This document shows, in pieces, positions 40,560 to 50,350 of a DNA stretch of 62,237 bases (the first letter of the stretch is position 1; each line of letters begins with the position of its first letter). The notes beneath the pieces are model-generated. The model made no database searches and was not told the origin of the DNA. It saw only the letters and a list, made by a program, of their open reading frames with translations. The translations under genes and the position numbers were made by a program. Origin of the DNA: Candidatus Kryptoniota bacterium. Lineage in GTDB: Bacteria; Bacteroidota; Ignavibacteria; Kryptoniales; JAKASW01. The stretch spans positions 1-62,237 of the forward strand of contig JBJKPN010000188.1 in assembly GCA_046706365.1 (NCBI GenBank). The letters are read 5' to 3'.

Positions 40560-41385
40560 CTTTGTCCGCCCGCCAAGCGTCGCCGGCTTTTTCTATCCTG
40601 AAACCAAAGCGGAACTGGAGAAGACGTGCCGGACCCTGCTCGAGAAAGCGCGGAACCATGCTTCCGTTAAACCGAGGGGAAAAGCAATCGGGCTGATTGC
40701 GCCTCATGCAGGCTACCAGTACAGCGGCTACACAGCGGCTTTTGCCTACTCACTTCTCAATGAAGATGAGTATGAGACCGTGGTGGTCGTTTCCCCCAGC
40801 CACAGAGAATACTTTGAGGGTGTGTCCGTTTTCTCCGGGAAGTCCTATTCCACGCCACTCGGCGAGGTGGAGGTTGACCGGGAACTGCGTGATTCCTTCC
40901 TCGAATTTGGCGGCGACGTGGTTATCGAATCACGCGCCGGACATAAGACCGAACATGCGCTTGAGGTGCAGCTTCCGTTCCTCCAGTTAACGCTCGGACA
41001 CTTCAACCTCCTGCCCATAGTGATGGGCGACCAAAGGGCTGATTATTGCAAAATACTTGGCAATGTTATTGGAGATTTGGCGGGGAAGAAACGCCTGCTT
41101 GTGGTTGCCAGCTCCGATCTGTCGCACTACCACACGTACGATGCGGCGAACCAGATGGACCAGATCTGTGCGGATAATATCGGGCACCTCGACCCGGACG
41201 GTCTTCTACGAGATCTTGAGCGGGGGACCTGTGAAGCATGCGGTGGTGGCCCAATCGCATCCTGCCTTTATGCTGCATTGAAGGCAGGGGCGAAAACAAG
41301 TAATATTTTATATCACTGTAATTCTGGTGATACTACTGGCGATAAGTCCGGAGTTGTAGGTTACTTATCAGCAGTAATTTTATGA
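40546..41385 (+). CDS. amrB: AmmeMemoRadiSam system protein B (MEMO1 family)
   Basis: RPPSVAGFFYP, PHAGYQYSG, EHALEVQLPF, SSDLSHY, ACGGGP, VVGY; TTG start at 40546 after GAGGAG. Confidence 0.92.
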   Translation: MKERDFVRPPSVAGFFYPETKAELEKTCRTLLEKARNHASVKPRGKAIGLIAPHAGYQYSGYTAAFAYSLLNEDEYETVVVVSPSHREYFEGVSVFSGKSYSTPLGEVEVDRELRDSFLEFGGDVVIESRAGHKTEHALEVQLPFLQLTLGHFNLLPIVMGDQRADYCKILGNVIGDLAGKKRLLVVASSDLSHYHTYDAANQMDQICADNIGHLDPDGLLRDLERGTCEACGGGPIASCLYAALKAGAKTSNILYHCNSGDTTGDKSGVVGYLSAVIL

Positions 41386-42275
41386 CGAAAGGGGCCATTA
41401 GCTTCTCTTTAGTCGGTCCTGGGAGAGTGGGGTCAAGCGTTGCACTAGCGCTTTCAAGGAGCGGCTGGACGTGCCGATCGATCATCACAAATCATCTCGG
41501 CCGCCAAGAGACGGCCTTGCTGACCCAGACCTTCCCCTCATCCGCGATAGGAAGATCATTCTCCGGGCTGAGTGACGATTTCAAGTTGCTTCTGGTGGCA
41601 GTGAAGGATGACCAGATTAAGGCCACGGCTCTCCGACTGGCATCTCTTGATCGTATCGACTGGACCAAGAAGGTGGTTCTGCACTTCAGTGGAGTAGTTG
41701 AACCTGACGCACTTTCAGCGCTCAAGGGCCTGGGGGCAGAGGCTGGAGCGCTTCACCCCATTGCTCCCTTCGCCAGAAGATTCTCACCCGACAGTGGCAG
41801 AGGGATTTACTACGACTTTCTGGGAACCAAGGGTGCACTTCGTTACGCTCGACGTATCGTCAGCAACCTCGATTCCAATTTCGTTTTACTGCATTCGAAC
41901 CGGGAAAGGACTCTGCTGCATGCCGCTAGTGTCATAGCGTCAAGCTCCTTGGTAATCGCCGTCAAAAGCGCCGAGGGCCTGATATCGAATTTTATTGAAA
42001 GAGAAAGTGCCAAGTCTATTCTGGGCAAATTGCTATTATCAACCGCTGAGAATGTTTCGAGTATTACCGGTATCAGCGCCCTGACCGGTCCACTCGTGCG
42101 GGGAGACTTCAGTGTAATTAAATCACACGTTGAAGTATTGGAAAGTGATAAATTACTGCTGGATTTCTATAAATCGTATTCTCTGCTCGGCATCGATGAA
42201 CTCATGAAAGAAAAACCGAGTGGTGCGCTCAAAAAGAACCTTAACAGAATAAAGAAATTCCTGGAGGAAAAATGA
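41382..42275 (+). CDS. Rossmann-like + DUF2520 oxidoreductase
   Basis: VGPGRVG, AVKDD, HFSG, LHP, HAA, LTGPLVRGD. Confidence 0.82.
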   Translation: MTKGAISFSLVGPGRVGSSVALALSRSGWTCRSIITNHLGRQETALLTQTFPSSAIGRSFSGLSDDFKLLLVAVKDDQIKATALRLASLDRIDWTKKVVLHFSGVVEPDALSALKGLGAEAGALHPIAPFARRFSPDSGRGIYYDFLGTKGALRYARRIVSNLDSNFVLLHSNRERTLLHAASVIASSSLVIAVKSAEGLISNFIERESAKSILGKLLLSTAENVSSITGISALTGPLVRGDFSVIKSHVEVLESDKLLLDFYKSYSLLGIDELMKEKPSGALKKNLNRIKKFLEEK

Positions 42276-43348
42276 GTCTCAAAGCATTGATCGCAAGCGG
42301 GGGAAGAGGAACCCGTCTGAGGCCGATCACTCACACTCAAAACAAACACCTGATACCGATTGCAAACAAACCAATCCTGCATTATGCGATCGAAGCTGCA
42401 GTCAATGCCGGAATTCGCGAAATCGGAATCGTAATAAATGCCGGAAGCGATGAAGTCCCCAATGCTATAGGAAATGGTGCAAAATGGGGGGTAGCCATAA
42501 CCTATATTCCGCAGGAAGCACCTCTCGGCCTGGCGCATGTCGTCAGAATAGCGGAGCCATTCATAGGAAGCGACAGCTTCATCTTCTATCTCGGCGACAA
42601 TATGGTGGTCGGCGGAGTAAAGAGATACCTGGACGAATTCTCGAGAAGCGGTGCCAATTGCCACCTGACTCTCGCCCGGGTGAGAGACCCGGAGCGTTTC
42701 GGCGTTCCCGAGATTAAGAACGGGGCGATCGTCAAAGTCGAGGAAAAACCAAAACAACCGAAGAGCAATTACGCCGTGGCCGGCATATACATCTACGACA
42801 GGCACATCTTCGAAGCGGTCAAGAGCATTAGTCCAAGCGGACGCGGGGAGCTTGAAATTTCGGACGCGCACCAGTATCTCATCGATCACGGCTATAAGGT
42901 TGGCTACTCCGAGATAACCGGGTGGTGGAAGGACACCGGTAAGCCTACTGATTTGCTCGAAGCGAACCGTTTGATACTTGAAAACATGGACCCTTCGAGC
43001 GAAGAGTCAGTGGAAGTCGATGCGGGGAGCGACGTCGCTGGAAGGGTCATTTTGCAGAAAGGGTGCAGGATCATTAATAGCAAAGTCAGAGGACCGGCAA
43101 TCATCGGAGAGAAGGCAGTAATCGAGAACAGTTACGTGGGACCGTTTTCCTCGATAGGAGCAGGTACACACATAGTCAACAGTGAAGTGGAGTACAGCAT
43201 TATTCTCAAGGACTGCAGGGTGATGGACGCAGGAATGAGAATCGAGGGAAGTCTTCTCGGAAATGATGTGGAAATAGTACGGGCGGAGGGCAAACCGCGC
43301 GTCCAGCGTTTCATGATCGGCGACCAGAGTCGAGTAGAAGTCGCGTAG
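42272..43348 (+). CDS. Glucose-1-phosphate thymidylyltransferase, long form
   Basis: GGRGTRLRPIT, PLGLAH, YLGDN, EEKP, RGELEI, WWKDTG, LbH tail. Confidence 0.9.
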   Translation: MSLKALIASGGRGTRLRPITHTQNKHLIPIANKPILHYAIEAAVNAGIREIGIVINAGSDEVPNAIGNGAKWGVAITYIPQEAPLGLAHVVRIAEPFIGSDSFIFYLGDNMVVGGVKRYLDEFSRSGANCHLTLARVRDPERFGVPEIKNGAIVKVEEKPKQPKSNYAVAGIYIYDRHIFEAVKSISPSGRGELEISDAHQYLIDHGYKVGYSEITGWWKDTGKPTDLLEANRLILENMDPSSEESVEVDAGSDVAGRVILQKGCRIINSKVRGPAIIGEKAVIENSYVGPFSSIGAGTHIVNSEVEYSIILKDCRVMDAGMRIEGSLLGNDVEIVRAEGKPRVQRFMIGDQSRVEVA

Positions 43349-43367
43349 AAGAAGGAGAAAGAAACAC

Positions 43368-44150
43368 ATGGATTTTCAAACCATTTTGTACCGGAAATCA
43401 GATCATGCGGCAATTATTACGTTGAACCGGCCTGAAAAGCTGAACGCTTTGAACCGTACGGTCGTGAGTGAATTGGGCAAAGCCCTGGACATCGCCGAGT
43501 CCGACCCGGAGGTCGCGGCTGTGATCATTACCGGAGCGGGCGAGAAGGCGTTTGTGGCGGGTGCAGACATTTCGGAACTCAAGCAGCTCGACGTCACGAA
43601 GGGGAAGGAATTTTCGGAAACAGGACAGGCGTTGTTCAACAAAATCGAACGGTTCAGCAAACCGGTGATTGCCGCAGTAAATGGGTATGCCCTTGGCGGC
43701 GGGAGCGAATTGGCGTGGGCCTGCCATATCCGAATCGCGTCGACAAATGCGAAGTTCGGACAACCCGAAGTGAGCCTTGGCTTGATCCCGGGTTACGGCG
43801 GCACCCAGAGACTCACCCGGCTGGCGGGAAGAGGTGTGGCAACCGAGCTGATTGTAACCGGCAGCCAGATAGATGCCGATACTGCATTCAGGCTGCGGCT
43901 CGTCAACTCAGTGGTTAAACAGCCGCAACTTCTTCCTTCCGCTCTCAAGCTCGCCGAGACTATTGCCACCCGGGCGCCTATGGCGGTCAGGCTTGCACTG
44001 CAGGCGATCGACGCCTCCGTGCAGTCGCATCAGGATCTCGGTATGATGACGGAGGCTCAGCTTTTCGCGTTGTCGTGTGGTACTGAAGACAAGGAGGAGG
44101 GAACATCGGCCTTCCTGGAAAAACGATCCCCATCATGGAAAGGGAAATGA
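43368..44150 (+). CDS. Enoyl-CoA hydratase (crotonase family)
   Basis: LNRPEKLNAL, AFVAGADI, NGYALGGG, FGQPEV, PGYGGTQRL. Confidence 0.92.
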   Translation: MDFQTILYRKSDHAAIITLNRPEKLNALNRTVVSELGKALDIAESDPEVAAVIITGAGEKAFVAGADISELKQLDVTKGKEFSETGQALFNKIERFSKPVIAAVNGYALGGGSELAWACHIRIASTNAKFGQPEVSLGLIPGYGGTQRLTRLAGRGVATELIVTGSQIDADTAFRLRLVNSVVKQPQLLPSALKLAETIATRAPMAVRLALQAIDASVQSHQDLGMMTEAQLFALSCGTEDKEEGTSAFLEKRSPSWKGK

Positions 44151-44212
44151 GCCCTTTTCGGGAAGCGGCGGTCATTTCATCCTCCGCCGCCTTTCACTAA
44201 ATTGTTTGCAAG

Positions 44213-45325
44213 ATGTCTCACAGTGTTGGCAAATCGAGGGTAGTTGTTGCAATGAGCGGCGGCGTTGATTCGTCGCTGGCCGCCGTCCTGATGTTAGAAC
44301 AGGGTTATGAAGTAATCGGGATTACCCTCAAGACCTATGACTACGAGGACGTCGGCGGCAACGACAATCGGGATTCGAGCTGCTGCTCGATCGACGGGAT
44401 CAATATGGCAAGGAGCGTCGCGGATAAGCATGGCTTTCCGCACTACGTGTTCGACTTCAGCGAACGTTTCAAAAAAGAAGTGATCGACGGCTTTGTCGCC
44501 GAGTACATGGCTGGACGAACGCCGAATCCGTGCGTCGTTTGCAACAGAAAAATCAAGTGGGAATACCTTCTTGAAAAAGCAGAGAGTCTCGGGGCGAAGT
44601 CGATATGCACCGGCCATTACGCAGGGATCAGGCACGACGATAAGTTGAACAGGTTCGTACTCTCCAAGGCAAAAGATCCTGCCAAAGACCAGTCTTACGC
44701 ACTATACGGGTTGACGCAAAATAGCCTGAGCAGGACTTTGTTTCCGCTGTCGGGTTTGTCCAAGAAGGAGGTCCGCGCAATGGCATTGGAACGAGGCTTG
44801 GCCAGTGCGACGAAGCCGGAAAGCTACGAGATCTGTTTCGTTGCCGACAACGATTACACAAGATTCCTCAGGGATGCGGTACCCGGGTTGGACGGTAAGC
44901 TTGACGGGGGCGAGATCCTCTACAACGGCCGGGTAATCGGCAATCACCGCGGATACGCATTCTATACGATAGGACAGAGGAAAGGATTAGGTGTCAGCAA
45001 CAGCGAAGCCCTCTACGTCAAGAGCATAGATCCTGTGCGGAACGCCATTATTGTCGACGTGGAATCTGGTTTGTTAGCCAGAACTCTGAAAGCTGAGAGC
45101 GTCAACTTCGTGAAATACGACCGGATTCCGGAGGATAGAATTTTCAAGGCGAAAATCAGGTACAAAGACCCCGGAGTCGACTGCCGCGTCGTACAGACGG
45201 GACCTGAAACGATCAATGTCGAATTCCTTAATCCCCGCAGGGCTATCACGCCCGGCCAGAGTGTTGTGGTCTATGAAGAAGACGATTTGGTGGCGGGTGG
45301 TGTCATCTCGGAAGCTGCGGCTTGA
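44213..45325 (+). CDS. mnmA: tRNA 2-thiouridine(34) synthase
   Basis: SGGVDS, GRTPNPCVVCN, TGHY, KDQSY, EICF, TIGQRKGLG, TPGQ. Confidence 0.96.
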   Translation: MSHSVGKSRVVVAMSGGVDSSLAAVLMLEQGYEVIGITLKTYDYEDVGGNDNRDSSCCSIDGINMARSVADKHGFPHYVFDFSERFKKEVIDGFVAEYMAGRTPNPCVVCNRKIKWEYLLEKAESLGAKSICTGHYAGIRHDDKLNRFVLSKAKDPAKDQSYALYGLTQNSLSRTLFPLSGLSKKEVRAMALERGLASATKPESYEICFVADNDYTRFLRDAVPGLDGKLDGGEILYNGRVIGNHRGYAFYTIGQRKGLGVSNSEALYVKSIDPVRNAIIVDVESGLLARTLKAESVNFVKYDRIPEDRIFKAKIRYKDPGVDCRVVQTGPETINVEFLNPRRAITPGQSVVVYEEDDLVAGGVISEAAA

Positions 45326-45326
45326 A

Positions 45327-45734
45327 ATGACGGTTTACTCCGTTCTCGTTGCCGACGATGACGATTCTCAGAGAAGCATACAAAGGCTCGTGCTGGCAGA
45401 GGTGGCAAAGATGATCGATGGGGAATTGAAGATTGACGAGACATCGGACAGCGTCAAAACCAGGAAGTGCCTCAACGAAAACCGTTACGACCTTATTATT
45501 CTGGACAACGAGTTCAGGGATGATCTCAGTCACGGTCGACTGCCGGGCATTGCCATCCTTCAACTTATGAGGAAATCCGGGCCAAATAAATCGTCACCCA
45601 CGGTCTTTTGCAGCGGCGATCCTTACGGTACACTGGGTCCAATGGCCGAAAGATACGGCGCCGTTTATTATCCGAAGGCGAAGGCGGATCTTGATGACAT
45701 GACAAGACTTTATCTGAAGCTGCTTCAGCAGTAA
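45327..45734 (+). CDS. Stand-alone response-regulator receiver domain
   Basis: VLVADDD acidic pocket, LIILD phospho-acceptor, CSG, PK; start ATG 45327. Confidence 0.82.
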   Translation: MTVYSVLVADDDDSQRSIQRLVLAEVAKMIDGELKIDETSDSVKTRKCLNENRYDLIILDNEFRDDLSHGRLPGIAILQLMRKSGPNKSSPTVFCSGDPYGTLGPMAERYGAVYYPKAKADLDDMTRLYLKLLQQ

Positions 45735-45735
45735 C

Positions 45736-46425
45736 TCATTTCTCTAATACCACCACGATGTGTTGTGCTCTGTCGATCAACTTCAACAACGGTAGGTCGA
45801 TTAATCTCCAAAGCACCAACGGGAGTCTTCCGAAAAGTTTCGCGACCCTGAGGTTAGCAAGCACTTTGCTGCCGAAAAGGTAAATCCTCCTGTTCGGATA
45901 AGGAAAGAATGACAAAAGAGTGTCCCTGTCGAAACTGTGAAGATGCGCATTAAGCGGTGTAACCTGGTTGCAGTGAATGCAGAGAGTGTACCGGAGTCTT
46001 TCCTTGTACGGAGTAGAAATAATCGCCTTCCCGCCGGGCTTGAGGACTCTCCATATTTCCCGCGACGCGGACTCCGGATTGTTGAGATGCTCTAAAATTT
46101 CGGACGCGATAATCAGGTCAAGAGACTCGTCCTTAAAAGGAAGGAAGTGGGCATCAGAAAGCGTTTGAGCAGAGGTTTCGGACTTGAGAGAAATGAGATT
46201 ACGCAAAGACAGGTCGATTTGGTACAAACATTCATGAGGAACCATCGCCGTCCAGCCACCCCCGCTTCCGAGATCCAGAACCCGCTCCTTCCTTCCTGTA
46301 AACCGCATAATGAACTCCCGGAAAAGTCGCTCGTAGGCCACGTCGGTGCTATCGGGATTGTTGAAATAATCGAAGTGTTCGGCATCAAGCCGGTAGTGGT
46401 TGATATAATCGTCGCAGCGATTCAC
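45736..46425 (-). CDS. Class I SAM-dependent methyltransferase
   Basis: VLDLGSGGG, LPFKDESLD, SEILEH, RVLKPGG. Confidence 0.88.
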   Translation of the reverse strand: MNRCDDYINHYRLDAEHFDYFNNPDSTDVAYERLFREFIMRFTGRKERVLDLGSGGGWTAMVPHECLYQIDLSLRNLISLKSETSAQTLSDAHFLPFKDESLDLIIASEILEHLNNPESASREIWRVLKPGGKAIISTPYKERLRYTLCIHCNQVTPLNAHLHSFDRDTLLSFFPYPNRRIYLFGSKVLANLRVAKLFGRLPLVLWRLIDLPLLKLIDRAQHIVVVLEK

Positions 46426-46961
46426 TCCTTTGCCCTTTCAAGTTCCTCCTGGAACGTTTGCCGGGCTTCTTCATCGTAAAGAACAAACGTCACTCTTCTC
46501 AGGTTTTGGGAGGATCGCAGAAACTTGCGGGCTTCTCCTATCATTATTTCAGCGGCCGACGACAGAGGAAATCCTCCGACACCGGTTCCAAGTGCGGGGA
46601 AGGCTATGGATTTTATGCCGGTCCTTTCCGCAACTGCCAGACTGGAGGCGGTTGCCTTGCGTATCTTCTCTGCATCGGTTTGAAGATCCTGACCCATCAC
46701 AGCTGCATGAATGACATATTTTGCTGACAAAGCTCCTCCGCCGGTGATGACCGCATCGCCGACAGGCCTCGGGCCGTCCTTCATGGCCTCCTCCTCGATG
46801 AGAGAACCGCCCTTCCGCTTTATCGCCCCCGCAACCCCACCGCCCATCCAGAAGTGGTTATTGGCCGCGTTCACTATCGCATCGCCGCCATAATCCGTGA
46901 TGTCTCCCTTAGTTACTTCGATTGATTTGTCACCGACTTTGTAAGTCAAAGGCTTCTTCAC
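46422..46961 (-). CDS. Macro-domain (ADP-ribose-binding, YmdB-like) protein
   Basis: GDIT, AIVNAAN, GGGVAGAI, VIHA, FPALGTGVGG; GTG start at 46961 after GGAG. Confidence 0.9.
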   Translation of the reverse strand: MKKPLTYKVGDKSIEVTKGDITDYGGDAIVNAANNHFWMGGGVAGAIKRKGGSLIEEEAMKDGPRPVGDAVITGGGALSAKYVIHAAVMGQDLQTDAEKIRKATASSLAVAERTGIKSIAFPALGTGVGGFPLSSAAEIMIGEARKFLRSSQNLRRVTFVLYDEEARQTFQEELERAKE

Positions 46962-47297
46962 TTTTGAACTCCGATGTAGATGAACTTTTTCGGGTCGAAT
47001 TCGCAATAACTAAGTATGATACGGCACCTCGTGAAATCCGGGCCTGGAAGAATTGCCGTGTTCACTGCCGGCATGGGCTCTTTTCCATTTAGGCGCGATT
47101 GGCTCGCGAAACAAGCGTTACATCAGACATTATCATGCGATTGGTAGGAAAAGTTAACCCAAGCGGCGTTTTTCTGCAAACCCGGCAGCACCGCACGATC
47201 CGATTCACAAAACCCGGCGCAAGGGCCTCTTTTTGAATAGAGAATAGGCAGCCTTGATTTTGAGTTGGGCATAGCACTATTTTGTTCGGTAATTGCA

Positions 47298-49559
47298 GTG
47301 CGAATAAGAGTCTACTTCATCCTAATCAGCCTGGTCTTCATGTCTGCAGTCTTCGACGGCTGCTTCGTGTGGAACTATGTCCAGCAGGGCTACATGAATT
47401 TCTCTGCTTATTTCAACACTTACTACAACGGCCAGACTGCATTCAACAAGGCGATGACGGATCTAAAGACTAATCTTAAAGAGTACCAGATAGACCAGAT
47501 CTCCGGGATAGAAGAGAGGTCGTTCCAGGTCAGTCCCACTATCCGCCAGAATTTCGATGTGGCAATCGCGAAAGCCTCCAAGGTACTCCAGCTTTATCCC
47601 AAGTCAGAGTTCACGGAAGACTGCTTGTTCATGATAGGAATCAGCTACTACTACGAAGGTGACAATCTGCAGGGTCGCAGGAAATTTGTCGAAGCGGAAG
47701 CGGCATTTCCCAAGAGCAAGAGGTTCGCCGAGGCCCAAATGTATTCAGGCAGTATGCTTCTCAGAACCATGAACTATGATGAAGGGTTCAAAACCGTCGA
47801 GTCGGCGAAGGCGATGGCGCGGAGAGAAAAGAATTAAGCAATCGTAATCCAATGCTTCGATATTCTCTCAGACTACTATCTGGGGAGAAGCGACACGATG
47901 AGAGCAGCCGCCTATCTGGACTCTGCCGCCACGATGGCAAATGACGATGAATCTGCCATCTACGCCTGCCGGGCGGGCAACCTGTACATGGATATGGATC
48001 ATTACAACAACGCGATTCGCGAATACCAGATTGCATGGGATCAGGCGCGCGATGTTCGGCTGAGATTCTATTCAAAATACTACCTTGCGAGAGCCGAGAA
48101 GCTCGAGAAACATTACAAATCGGCCCTCGAAGACGTAGCCCGGCTGAGAGGCGACGACAAGTTCTTTCAGTATCTGCCTCTGCTCGAGTATCAGAGGGCC
48201 GCTGTATTGTATGACTCCGGGGAAGTATCAACGGCAGTTCAGACCTTTCAGAGGATTGATACCGTATACGCCACGAACGAAGCTGCGACCAGAAGTGCTT
48301 TCCGGCTGGGGAACATATACCTGCACAGCGTCGGGGATTACCAGACCGCGCTCAAATATTACCAGAGGTGCTCGTCGCATCCGGCCGTAACGGGCGTGAG
48401 CGACAGGGGGAGGGAAATGGCTACCGCGATCCAGGACTTCTTCATCAGAGGTTACAGAGCGGCGCTTACCGACAGCCTCTATGATCATGAGGCCGAAGTT
48501 CTGGCAAAATCCGATTCGGTGACTGAAAACCAACGGGCAAACCTGGATTCGCTTTACGAGCACGCAGCCGAAGCCCGTCGGCAATTGGCAGGTTACTACA
48601 TGTTCAAACTTCAGATCCCGGACTCTGCGGTAGTTTCATATAAGATCATTGCAAACAAGTTTCCGAAATCGAGAGTCTACCCGTCAGCGCTATACACCCT
48701 CGGGGAGTACTACCTCGCTTCAGGCGACACTGCCGACGGGAGACAGTATTTGAGTGAACTGATTAAGGAGCACCCTGAGTCTGAGTTTGCCGCCTCCGCG
48801 AGCCAGCTGCTGGGGTTACCTACGCCTCCCGCGAAAATCGACTCGTCACAAACTGATTATATTGATGCCATGCAGCTTGTCAATCGGGGAAAGGACGATT
48901 CCGCGTTGGCGACGCTGCGCGTCCTGGTCTCTGACCGCTCTTCGAAGGTCAGACCGCAGGCACTATATACCATCGGGTGGATATACGAAAACAAGATGGG
49001 AGAATCTGATTCCGCTTTCGTGTATTACAAGAAACTCGAGATGGATTATCCGTCGACCGACTTTGCAGAGCACGTCAAACCGGCGTTGACCGGGTACGAG
49101 CAGGCGCAATTCGACAGCGCCGCGGCCAGGCAGCGGGAAGAACAGTTGGCCCGGCGAGACAGTCTGGCCAAATCGAGTGCCTCAGCAGCGGGGAAGGGAA
49201 ATCAGCCCAAGACGGTGGCGGCTAAACAAAAATCTCAAACCAATGTGTCCGGCAAGAAATCTCAACCGGAACCCGATTCGCTGACGATCATCGAGCGGCG
49301 ACGCGAACTGCTCGAAGAACAAGACTCAACCGAGAAGGCACTCGGCCGGAGGCTTCATCATCCGAATCAGGAGGATGCCGTGCAAAGACTGAAAGGGCTC
49401 CCGATCGATTCTCTTGAGCAGACAAACACGGAGAAAAACACGGTCAAGCGAACCGGCCAGACAGGCGACGAAATAAATGACGTTTTGAAACCGAAGAATC
49501 TTCCGAAAGACTCGACCGAGAATCATGGCAGCACAGCGGCAGACTCGACCATACACTAG
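47298..49559 (+). pseudogene. Large TPR lipoprotein interrupted by one in-frame TAA (47835-47837)
   Basis: ORFs 47265-47837 and 47898-49559 share a frame and the intervening 20 codons are open; lipoprotein-like signal (VFDGC), YFNTYYNG motif, repeated YPKS/YPS TPR caps. Confidence 0.7.
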
Positions 49560-49567
49560 GATAAGCC

Positions 49568-50350
49568 TTGCCGAATAGTAAATTTCTCGAGATAGCATCC
49601 GTCATTGGAACAAGAGAAGTGGCGAGCCGCACATACCTCACTGAATTCCATTCTCCCAAGATCGCATCGTCTGTAAAGGGAGGTCAGTTTGTGATGGTAT
49701 CGTTTCCCGGCTCGATGGATCCTCTCCTGCCGAGAGCCTTCTCCGTCTGTGAAGTGAAGGGAGAGAGCATTTCGCTCTTTTATGTCGCTGTCGGCAGGGG
49801 AACCACCCGCCTGTCGGAAATGAAGAACGGTGACACAGTCATCCTGAACGGTCCCCTCGGAAGAGGATTCCCGGACCTGTCGAAGGGGGAGAAGGTTTGG
49901 ATCGCCGTCGGAGGATCGGGCGCGGCCGTGCTCCCGGTCATAATTTCATCCGCAAGCAAGTGCGGCGCTTCAACGACATCCTTTTATGGCGCGAGGACGA
50001 GAAGCCAGCTGATGAATTTCGACAATATGGAAATCGACTTTGCTACAGATGACGGCTCATTGGGTTTTAGAGGTACCGTTGTCGAATTGCTCAAGGAAAG
50101 GATGCTTCTACTGAAGCCAGACAAATTGTTCGCCTGCGGACCGACACCAATGCTTGCCAATATCCAAAATGAATTCAAAAACATAGTACCCACGTATGTC
50201 TCCGTCGAGACGCCGATGGCATGCGGAATGGGACTTTGCCAGGGATGCCCGGTTAAGAAGAAGGATGGAACCGGCTACTTCCTTGCTTGCAAGGACGGGC
50301 CGGTGTTCGAAGCCCGGGAAATTGAACTCACCCCGGAGAGAATGATTTAG
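49568..50350 (+). CDS. pyrK: Dihydroorotate dehydrogenase electron transfer subunit
   Basis: GQFVM, RAFS, GPLGRGF, ACGP, MACGMGLCQGC...CKDGPVF. Confidence 0.92.
   Translation: MPNSKFLEIASVIGTREVASRTYLTEFHSPKIASSVKGGQFVMVSFPGSMDPLLPRAFSVCEVKGESISLFYVAVGRGTTRLSEMKNGDTVILNGPLGRGFPDLSKGEKVWIAVGGSGAAVLPVIISSASKCGASTTSFYGARTRSQLMNFDNMEIDFATDDGSLGFRGTVVELLKERMLLLKPDKLFACGPTPMLANIQNEFKNIVPTYVSVETPMACGMGLCQGCPVKKKDGTGYFLACKDGPVFEAREIELTPERMI

Noticed and set aside
47835-47837. Genetic-code reassignment or Sec/Pyl insertion
   Set aside because: The codon is TAA, not TGA or TAG, and TAA terminates many normal genes in the window
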